From Macrostomum lignano (taxonomy: Eukaryota), in contig NIVC01003569.1 in the NCBI GenBank assembly GCA_002269645.1, positions 26,822-90,821 of the forward strand: a DNA stretch of 64,000 bases, read 5' to 3'. Made by a program: the position numbers and the translations under genes. Positions 37,783-47,624 of this stretch are shown here, piece by piece. Positions within the stretch are counted from its first letter, which is position 1. Every line of letters begins with the position of its first letter. Under the pieces are notes generated by a model. That model was not told the origin of the DNA. It saw only the letters and a list, made by a program, of their open reading frames with translations, and searched no databases.

Positions 37783-38632
37783 TTGCCATCCACTGTTAAA
37801 CTGCTGCAGACTTGTGTCTATACAGAGGACAGTGGTTTGAATCTCTCGCTAAACTGTCTCTCTTCTCTACGCCTCTCCACTCGCGGGGGTACAGAAAAGG
37901 CTATTAAAAAGTTATTCCAAAATACTGTACATTCGCTATGTACATTGAGCCCTATCGCCTGACCTTTTCTTTGTCTGGGCTGGGGGAATGAGTGAGTGAG
38001 CGGCACAAACAACAGAAAAAGCAGACAAACTTCACATCATGCTTATAGTTTCCGTCCTGATTAAGATACAGAGTTGAGACTTTACATTTAGACAGAGAAT
38101 GAGTCAATAAAGAATTGAAGAATTGTGTCAAATTTGAAGCCAATCGCCTCACGTGGAGCAAAGTATGGCAGCCGAAAGTTAGTCATTTTAAAACCTATTT
38201 ACACCCTTTGCCCAGAACGGGAGAGGCAGGCGGGCGGAGGTTGGGGTGGCTGCCTCGACGAAAAAAAACAGCCTAACTTTAAAAGTGCACAGCGCCGTTC
38301 AGAATTAACTTTAATACTCGAAATTTTACACGATTGTGTCAAAATAGTTGAAGATTGTTTGTGTCAAATTTGAAGAAAATCGGTAGAAGTGGAGCGGCGC
38401 TATGGAGGATTTAGTGAAAAAATCGCGCATTTTGAGCAGTTTTTTGTACTTTTTGGTAGGAAGACTTGAGTCTAGGAAATTAAAAGGTAGCCTAAGACAT
38501 TCTCCGTAGTAAGTTTAGAGTGGGTGTAAAGTTTGGTGTCATTTGGTTGAGCGGTTTGGGAGTCCATAGCGATCAAAATTGTCCACACAGACACACAGAC
38601 ACACAGACAGAGTTTTGATTTTTATATGTAGA
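37783..38632 (+). mobile_element. Interspersed ~850-bp repeat, DINE-1/HINE (Helentron-associated)-like, copy 1
   Basis: Aligns by eye with 53497-54349 in the same orientation. It ends in an (ACAG/ACAC)n microsatellite followed by TTTATA.GTAGA, as in DINE-1-like elements. The family assignment is tentative. Confidence 0.65.
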
Positions 38633-39891
38633 AAAATTAAAATAACCTAAAGCCTGCTCCGGAAAATTTGCAGTTTTCCCATATAAGTTTCGACGCTGAC
38701 TTGCCAGAATTGTAGGAGTTCACTTGCAACATACAGACAGACAGACAGACAGACAGACGGACAGACAAACATCGTCTGTATAAGGAGATGAAAAAAGTAG
38801 AATGCTACACTTTTGCAATAAAAGCCTTATAAAATTCAACAAAGCAATAATGCTTTCAATTTATATCAAAATATATCAACTTCACTGCTTCTTCAACTCA
38901 AATTTAGCTATCTATTTCGCATAAAAAAACATTATATTCTTCTATCATGCTAGTTCCACCAGTGAACGAGCCGAGAGAACCCGAGGCCCCGCCAGGGGCC
39001 GAGGCGAGTGAATAATTTAGGCTAGAAAGTATTTACGAGTAAATAAGTTAGACTCTAATGCATTTTGAAATTTCACGTTTTTTCGCCAAAAAATGCTCCT
39101 GTTTTGCAACCACTGCACGGATTGAGTTGAGTGAGGTGTCGATCGATAGAAAACTTTTAGATCTATCGAATGAATATACTTTTAAGTGCAGAGATTTTAT
39201 TACTAAGCCGTAAATTAAGGGGAAAGACGATTTTTTCAAAAGTGCTTCTAGGAGATCTCAAAATTCTGGTACACCTTACGAGATACGGCTTCGACATCTG
39301 AAGATCAAAGTTGTAAAACTAAATTTCCTACAAAATAGTATATGGCGCTTTAATTTATTTCGACATATTTATTCAGTTTTGGTGAGTTTTTTGGGTAAAA
39401 AAGTCACCCTCATTTTATTATTTTGCCACTTTTTCCTACAAAGGTTTTTGAGTTTGGGCTTCAAAGCAGTGCAGTTAGATGCGCAATGCAAAAATCTACA
39501 AGTGTCTAAAGTTTTGTTTTCCTACGATTCTGCAGTGCTGAGAAAATCGATAAAGATCGATTTTTCAAAAAATCACATGACTTTCGTATTATTGCTCATT
39601 ATAATTTTGAGAACATGGTGCGAATAATCCGATTTCGAATTTCTATAGCATAGTTGCTGTACTATATTGGTTTGGATTTCCGCCGTCTGATTTGGCTGCT
39701 TTCGGGTTGAAAAATCGATCAGAAATCGATAATTTGTGATTTTTGGCTGATTGGGTGCCAGAAAAATGGGTGATTAAATTTTTTAAAGAATGGTAGATCA
39801 AATGCGGATACTGCAACGAGTTGTACTAATGTCTGGCTAAAATCGACCAAGTTTTTGAGTGTCTGCAACAAGTGCTCATGTGTCAAAAGTG

Positions 39892-41232
39892 ACTACTAAG
39901 GACCCATTTATCCGCCCTTTTTGGAGGTGGGGTGGGTGTCAACCCTCCCCGCCTCTCATTGGCTGGCGCTCGGCGCGCGCGCGCCGCAGGCGCGTGGCGC
40001 CAAGCGCCGACCAGCCGCAGGCGCACCCTCCCGATATGTATGCCCACCCTCCCGATATGTACCCCGATATGTACACCATCCCGATATGTATACCCACCCT
40101 CCAGAGCAGCAGGCGCCCATGCCGCAGACGCCCATGCCGCCGGCACCCCGAGTGTACACTCTCCCAAGTCGCAGGCACCCCGAGTGTACACTCTCCCAAG
40201 TCGCAGGCACCCCGAGTGTACACTCTCCCATGTCGCAGGCGCCCCGAGTGTACACTCCCCCATGCCGCAGGCACCCCGAGTGTACACTCTCCCCAGTACA
40301 CTCTCCCGATATGTAGTCAGCGATATTAGGCTAGTGAAAACTACTTATAGTAGGTGAAATTGCGTATATTTGCATAAAAAAGTAGATAAAACATATTGGT
40401 AGGTGTGAATAATGACGCATAATGCATATTAAAATGTACATATTGGAGCATATGAGCAGCAAAAAACACACAATGTAGGTGCATTTTATCGATATTTTGG
40501 CAGAAAAGTAGGTGAAATAGACAAAATAGTAGGTATAATACACAGAACCTACTCATTAGTGTAGTAGGCGCTTGTAGATGCTAGTATAATGCAGGTGCAT
40601 ACATACACACAATGTAGGTGCAAATTGAGTATAATACAGGAAAATTATAATACATAGCATATAATGTAGGCGCATTTTAAACAATACATTTTGCATATTA
40701 ACTCGCAGGTACAAATTTCAGTGCATAGGGTAAAATACACACACTGCAAATTGAGTATAATGCAGGAAAATTGTGACATATACAACATATGTATGCAAAA
40801 TTAAGCTTATAGGTGCAAAGTAAAATATCAGGCTTCCTAGTAAAGAGACACGCCCCAGAGCCAGGGCCGGGGGATCCTAGCGGAGTACAGTTCAGGTAGG
40901 AGCGTTCCTAGTCTGCAACCCATAGCTTCCAAATAGGGTACGAGGGGCCAATGTTTCGAGAGGGGATCCTCAGTACAGTGCGGTCAGAGAGGAGTAACAT
41001 AGAGAAATTCCTCCCCAAGCCCCAAATAAGGTTTTTTCAAGGGGATCCCAAGTACAGTGAGGGCAGAGAGAAATTCCAATTCCTCCCCAAGCCCCAAATA
41101 AGGTTTTTTCAAGGGGATCCCAAGTACAGTGCGCTCCCTGGTGTCAAATGATGAAGGAATCCCGCCCCCCAATGCACAGTGCGCTCCGGGGTGTTAAATG
41201 AGGAAGGATCCCGCTCAATGTACAGTGGAGGT
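39892..41232 (+). repeat. Left terminal inverted repeat of the pPolB element
   Basis: Reverse complement of 47625-48877. Contains five 32-bp units (CCCCGAGTGTACACT core), CCGATATGTA repeats, AT-rich repeats and GGGATCCC..AGTACAGTG repeats. Confidence 0.93.
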
Positions 41233-41368
41233 GCCAAATGAGTAAGGACCCCTAAGTACAGTGCGGGCGTAAAACCATTTTCATCCCCACGAGTCAAGGG
41301 ATCCCAAGTGGGCACATAGGGGAATCCCAGGCAGGGAGGCGTAAAAAAGATAGATCCTTATCTTTCAC

Positions 41369-44300
41369 TCACTCCCGAAAGCCATACGGGCGGCTAGCGG
41401 CCCCATACACCCTCTTAGTCATTACGCGCTGGAAAGTCTTGTCCATCTCGAGGGTCCGGATTGTACAGCTAGCCTTATCGCGCCTGAACTGGGCCTGGGG
41501 CAGGCGTACAGTCCCGCCGTGGCGCAGAATTTCCTGCAGCTCGTCCTCGCGCTCGGAAATCTCGGGGTGACTCTGATGCCCTTGCACTTGAGCACCGAGT
41601 ACAGCGACCCGTCGGGCTTCTCCACTAAGTACCGGTAGAGCTTGGGGCCTCCCGTGGTGAACTGTACCATGCGGCAGCCAGCAGGTACCTCGTCAGTCCA
41701 CTGCCCCAAACTCGAACCACCCGGAGGCTCGTACTCGCCCGGGGAGCAGCGGTATACAACCCTGGGAGGAGGAGGAGAATAAAGTGTTAAGGGGAGAAAG
41801 AGAGACAGATACAGTGAAAAAATTACTTACGAATCGGTATCGGCGTAAATGACTCGGGTTCCTAGGCCCTCCAGAGCCTCGTAGAGTCGCAGCCGGGCGT
41901 GGGAGGTGGTGAAAACGCCAATAGGTACATTAGCGTACTTGAACGCCCGCTCGCCAGCACCGCCAAATCGGGGCTTGTACTCGAGCATCATGAAGCTCTC
42001 CCCAATTGGCTCGCACGACTTGACCTTGATCGAGGGGTCGGTCAGGCGCTGCAGCCACGCCTCGTAGCTGTCCACAATCTCTGTGGAGGTCAGGTCGTCG
42101 CGCTGGCAGAATTTGCCCCAGAGCCTGCAGGGAAAAATAAATTTTTTTTTGTAAGTAGAAAAACACGGCCCCCACTGCAAGTAGAAAAACTTACGAGTTT
42201 AGAAAAATCTTGGCCACAAAGCGCAAGCCAGGATTCTCCTCCACCTTTTCCAGCCGGACGCCTTCGCGCTCGAAAAAGCTGGCCATGTAGGCAGCCTTGG
42301 CGTCCTCAGCCATCCCCGGCGAACCGCTAGACTCGGCTTTGAGCTTCAAAAAAGTGTTTACATAATCTGCAAACAGGCCCGTGCGAGTCTCGGTCCAATA
42401 GGCCAGGGCATGAACTGACTGCAGCTTGTAACCCAACTGCAGGGCTTTGTGGAGCTCTGGGGTTGACCACGTGCCGCGGAGCATTCTCTCAGCGTCAGTG
42501 TGTGTACACTCGCTGCTGCACTGGGTCTCCATGCAGACGCGGCAGAGGCCGAAAACCAGCTTCTTGTTAATCTTGGCGGGCAGTAGCGGGATGTGGAGAT
42601 TGGTTGGCGGCAGAATCGACACCTCGGCGATGCCAAAATACCGGGCCAGCTGCAGCTCATCCAGTAGATGAGGCTCGGGGTGGTGTACCGGGTGCCCGAC
42701 CGGGTACTTGTCAAACTTGTTGACAGTCGGGTAGAGCGACACCTAGGGGATAAGGATAAGATAAACTCAAACGCATGTCAACTGTGTGTGTACAAGTGTA
42801 CAAACTTACCACATCCCGATAGCGCAGCTCTACAGTCTCGGTGGCCTCGGCGTGCGGGACAAAAGCCTCGGTACGGCCGCCAAACAGGGCTTCCTCCAGG
42901 CGAATAGGCTGCTGGACTGGCGCTCCCTCGTCCTGATAGTCGTGCTCCCACAGAACACGCACATTGTAGGCAGTGGAGAGCAGCCGGGTGAAGCGCTCAG
43001 TCTCCTCATAAATCGCCCGCATTGGCTGGTTCTTGAGCGGGTGCAGCACGTCGCCGTTGGGGAAGCACTTGGGACAGCCATGGTAGAAGCAGCCATGAAA
43101 CTGCAGCACTGTCCTGGTCTCTGGGTCGAAGCCGTCGACCTTACGGCCCATGGCGAAAGCCTCGCCGCCAGAATCGGCTGTCCGCAACCGGCCGCCAAAC
43201 TCGGTTGCATTCAAATGCGCAAGCCAGCACCGCGCCTTGTGCGACTGTACATCGGACCGGCGGGAAATCACCCCAAGAGTGTTGGGCTCCATAAACTTGG
43301 TGGTGAAAACAGCCATAGCCAAGCCCGCAATGGTGTTGGATTGAACAAATGCGTCCAGTCCGCAAATGTCCTTAATCAGGCGGGTGTACTTTAGACAGCC
43401 TTCCCGCAAAATTAACGTGTCCTGCAGGCAGTAGTCCAGGTACTCCTTATTGAAATTAAACACCTGTCCCTCCTGCTTGGCCAGCCAGTCGGCGATGGAG
43501 TCATGCTGCTTATTCTTCTTCCCGCCGTACATATCAATTGAGCAGTAGGGTCCCACGTACCCCCAGTTTTCCGGCTGGTTAAACACGTGCGGGAAATCTC
43601 CTTTGGTCAGTTGGGTGCCCAAACCAAGCGCCTTTGGGAATTGCGCCAGACCAATAGGGATGAAATTGAGGCTGTCCTTGAAGGTGATCTTGTCGCACTT
43701 CATGTACATTAGGCGGCTGTTCTGGAAGATCACTTGCGGCTTCTTCTTGGCCAGTCCGTTGAGTAGGGCGCCGAGCAGGAGGAATGCGTCATACGCAGAG
43801 CCATTGTGCGCAATAGCAATTGCCCCCTGCTTGAACACACTAGTCAGCCAGCAGTAAAATGCATCGATAGAGTGCGGCCCGACAGATACAAACTCTCGCA
43901 TCCCACAGGCACAGTCATTGTGCGAGACACAGCTCGTAAAATCCAGCGCCAGATTGCGTCCCGCAATGCAATTGGCTGAGCTGTGTAGTCCCCCGCACAC
44001 GCTGCAGCGGGGCCTGGGGAAGAGTTTGGGACACGCCTCGCAGGAGGTGGCAGCCGTAACCAAGTGTACCCGGTGCTGCTTGCCAGAGTCCAAGTACGTC
44101 TCGAAATCATAGTAAACATACGGGGCGCTAGACTCTTTGGCTTTTGGCGGGGTGACAAAGCACTCGTGGGTGGCAGTTTCGTCGTACTGCTTGCAGACTG
44201 GGCACTTGGCATAACCACACTGATGCTCAGGGGGCTGGCCTACTTTTAGTTCTTCTAGATAGCCACACGTGCCGCAAACGTGGACCGAATCACAGCGCGA

Positions 44301-46520
44301 TCTGCCGGCCTTATTCTTGCGTTTGTGATTTTCTAGGCACTGAGCATTATAGCAATTTAGCCCGCAATCATGGCATCTTACATATGCGCGGTTTGCCTTA
44401 CAGTTGGAGCCCGGAGTCTTGCATGTACTGCAGGCATCCGCACACTTGTGCTTGGCGTTGGCGCAGTCGTAGGCCATCTCGCACTTGGGGCAGTAGCGCA
44501 CGGAGCCGAAAAACGCAGGCAGCTTGGTAACCACATTAAAGTGCTGCTCGACCAGGTGCAGGTGCAGAATCTCGGTGCCAGGCAGGTTGAAGATGCACCT
44601 GTTGGCCTCCTCTGCGCGGTACACGCGTACACCAAAATCGTGCCCCGGATGCAGCCGGTTCAGGGCACGGATCGCTTCGGGCAGTGCATCCACCCCGAAA
44701 GGACCAGCCTGCGAGACGGTTTGAAGAGTCTGTGTGGAGGGTAAAATATTTCTTTTAGTGTTCCTTATCGTAAAATTTCTTATCAGAGTATGGTTCTTTT
44801 AGTATTCCCTGATACTGTGTAAAAAATCTTATCAAAAAATATATCTTTTAGTACTCCATGATACTGTGTAAAAATTCTTTTAGTATTCCCTGATACTGCG
44901 TAAAAATTCTTTTAGTATTCCCTGATACTGCGTAAAAATTCTTTTAGTATTCCCTGATACTGCGTAAAAATTCTTTTAGTATTCCCTGATACTGCGTAAA
45001 AATTCTTATCAGAAAAATACTAGAAACTTACCGAGTAGAGACCCGCTTCGATTTGTAGCTCAGCCACCAGCTTAGTCTGCTTGGGCGAATTGACCTTGAT
45101 TGTGCGCCACACCTTCTCGGTGATGGACTTGGCCACGAATTGCAGGTAGGCGCAGGCCACGACCAGAGCGCGCAGCAGGCATCTCTTGTCCGAGTTGGTG
45201 ATGCGGACATAGTGCTTTGAAAAAGCGTGCCTCTCTTCTAGATGCTTGTTCTCGAGAGCACATCCACCTCGAGGCACCCAGGCCTTTAGCAACCGGATAG
45301 AAAAGTTGCCCGTCAGGACAGTGGCATCCGACTGTACAATCTTGTTGATGTGCTTAAACAACAATTCAGCCGTCATGCGGGATGCACGCACCGGGGGAGT
45401 ATGGGCCGCTTTGAGCATATTGTCGCTCTCGAATTTCGCGGCCATAAAGTCATCACCAGCCAAATCTTGCTTGAAAACTTCGAGCATGTCGGCAAACACC
45501 TCCCGCAAATCTTCGGTGTTGGTAATACGCACCACATACTCGACACCCTTTGCCCTAAACTTGGGCAGGTCACGCTGATTATCCAGCCGGGCCGTAAAAC
45601 CTGCATGGGGGGAATGGGGGAGTGTGAGTCAGCCCGGGTCTGTGTGGGAAATGGGGGGCGGGATAACTCACCCGGTCCGGTAACAGATTCCGGCTGTGTT
45701 GGCGGGACAAACGCGTCTGAAAAAACACAAGGAGATAAAAAAACCAGAAGAATCTGTCATTTTCCTGGCCCCAGCGTGTTTCCCCGCCCTAGCCCCAGTA
45801 ATTTCTTAACAGAGTTTACTCTGCTGTCCCCGCAGCAACTCTCTGCAATTTCTTATCTGCACCCCCGCTGCAGCCTGTCGCAGCAGTCTTTGTTTACTCA
45901 CCCCTGCAACTCTCTGTCGCAGCAATTTGCACCTAGCTGCAGCCTGTCTGGGTAGCGCCCTATCTGCAGCCCCAGTCTGTCCCAGCAACTCTCTGCCCCC
46001 ACCCGGCTGTAACTTGTCTAGCCCGCCCCAACGATTCTGCAGCAATTTCTTATCTGCCGCAGCACCCTAGCAACTGTCTGTTTTTGCAGCAATTTCTTAT
46101 CAGCACACCCCTCCCTGTCTAGACAACACCCCACCCCAGTCTTTGTTTACTCACCCCTGCAACTCTCTGTCGCAGCAATTTGCACCCCAGCTGCAGCCTG
46201 TCTGGACAACACCCCCCTAGCAGCAATTTCTTATCAGCACACACCCGGCTGAAACTTGTCTAGCCCTCCCCTGCAACTCTCTGTTACAGACCCTGCCGCA
46301 GCACCCCACCCTAGCAACTCCAGTCTAGACCCCTGCAGCTGTCGCAGCAGTCTTTGTTGTTTACTCTGCGGTCCCACAGACCCTGCAGCTGCTGCTGCTG
46401 CTCAGCCCCTACCCCCACCCTAGCAACTACAGTCTAGACAGAAATTAATTAAAACTTACCATAAAGACGTTGCCTCTTGTCAGCCAGGAAAGCAGTTGCG
46501 GTGGCGCTGCGTTTAGCCAT
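41369..46520 (-). CDS. Protein-primed family B DNA polymerase (Polinton/adintovirus type), six exons, ~1260 aa, one apparent 1-nt frameshift near the C-terminus
   Basis: Exons 46460-46520, 45032-45600, 42810-44729, 42195-42742, 41831-42124 and 41369-41761, joined by GTAAG..AG introns in matching phases. Motifs: Exo YYDFET, HNGSAYD, DSLNF, YCLQDT; Pol A YRDV|VSLYP, Pol B KIFLNS|LWGKF, Pol C YADTDS|VVY, then GPKLY and KCKGI. Exon total is 3785 nt, one short of a multiple of 3; the frame changes near 41565. Confidence 0.93.
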
Positions 46521-46764
46521 TTTGCAAACAGAGAGTGTGAGAGAGCGAGCGGAGAGAAGGATTATCTCTCTACCCTGGCTCTGGGGGTCTGTATATATAC
46601 TAAAAAATCTGCTCAGCTCGCCTGTTATTGGATAAATCGCCAAAAACCAACCAAAATCATCAAAAATCACCCCCAAAATCACCACCCACCCCACCCTCCA
46701 TCCGGGGGTATATAAGGCGCTGCACGGCTGTCAGAGAGCTCTCTGCTGCTGCTGCTGCTAAATC
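46521..46764. promoter_or_regulatory. Putative compact bidirectional promoter between pPolB and the PC4-like gene
   Basis: 244-bp gap between divergent ATGs, with TATA-like GTATATATAC (46591-46600) and GGTATATAAGG (~46708-46718). Confidence 0.5.
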
Positions 46765-47262
46765 ATGTCTTCTATCTCTCTATACGAAAACTTTGTGGCG
46801 CGGAAGCCCACATTTGAAACTGAACACAACTTGATTGAAATTCGGCGTCTCTACACCAACGAGGCTGGAGTGTGGAAGGACGGCTTCCCTGCAATCTACT
46901 TGAGCGAGCCAGAGTGGAAGAAGCTCGAAGCTGCGCGCCCTGACCTGGAGGCTGCTGCCCGCCTTCACGTGAACAAGCGGGTCCTGTTGGGCAATTTCAA
47001 GGCAGTTGAAGCTTCGCGAGGGAGGATCCGTTTGCTGCGCAATTGGCTCAATCAGGACCCAAAGTTTAATTGGCGCTACACGATCGAATTCACGCCTGAA
47101 CTGTGGCGCCGGATGTTTGCCGCCCGTTTGGACAAGCTCTTCAAGCTGGCACCCGAGGTCCCACCGTCTGCCAAGCGAGCCAAGACAGAGGACAATCTGC
47201 AGGACTGCCTTGACAGCATCAAACCCTACCCTTGGGGAAATCTGTTTGACGAGGGTTGCTAA
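46765..47262 (+). CDS. Tandem PC4-like ssDNA-binding protein (165 aa; the C-terminus may be incomplete)
   Basis: LIEIRRLY..EAGVWKDGFPAIYLSEPEWKKL and RIRLLRNWL...RYTIEFTPELWRRM each resemble the PC4 pattern vDIR.y...G...g.kGIsLt.eqW..L. PSAKRAK is NLS-like. Assignment is from visual pattern match only. Confidence 0.65.
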   Translation: MSSISLYENFVARKPTFETEHNLIEIRRLYTNEAGVWKDGFPAIYLSEPEWKKLEAARPDLEAAARLHVNKRVLLGNFKAVEASRGRIRLLRNWLNQDPKFNWRYTIEFTPELWRRMFAARLDKLFKLAPEVPPSAKRAKTEDNLQDCLDSIKPYPWGNLFDEGC

Positions 47263-47624
47263 TTGAGGCGTGCCGCATCCGTACAGCGCGAACCCGATTT
47301 TTGGTAAGCTTAATTTCATATAAATCGTATATAAATTACATATAATCTGTCTACATTGAATATTTTTTACTTTGACAGATGTTTCGAGAGCGCTGATGAG
47401 GAGGAGACTGCCCTGGCTGAAGATCGAGCTCGAGTTTGACTGATAAGGGAATTTCTCTTTGTACTCTATTACTCTCTGCCTGCACTGTACTTGGGCCTCG
47501 CAACACACTGGGGGATCCCTCAACTTGGAGAGCTACCCTCTGGGGATCCACTAAAACCCTCATTTGGGGTGGGAGCTGCGGTAAAGTTTGACTGGAATTC
47601 TCTTTGTATGCGGTCTGTTACTCT

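Noticed and set aside
39048-40556. Identical ORF pairs on opposite strands (39048/50229, 39379/49841, 40331/48278 and others)
   Set aside because: They are by-products of the inverted repeats. They were useful for mapping the arms but have no protein features.
40850-41330. Repeat-spacer-like pattern of GGGATCCC/AGTACAGTG motifs resembling a CRISPR array
   Set aside because: The context is eukaryotic, spacing is irregular, there are no unique spacers or cas genes, and it is mostly part of the TIR.
42743-42809. The intron 3 start (GTA AGT TTG TAC) also encodes VSLY, like the next exon, hinting at intron origin by tandem duplication
   Set aside because: The nucleotide match to the exon (GTG TCG CTC TAC) is weak, and GTAAGT is the donor consensus, so coincidence is likely.
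47395-47440. CTGATGAG as a second possible hammerhead core
   Set aside because: There is no helix II followed by GAAA and no cleavage triplet with helix I pairing.
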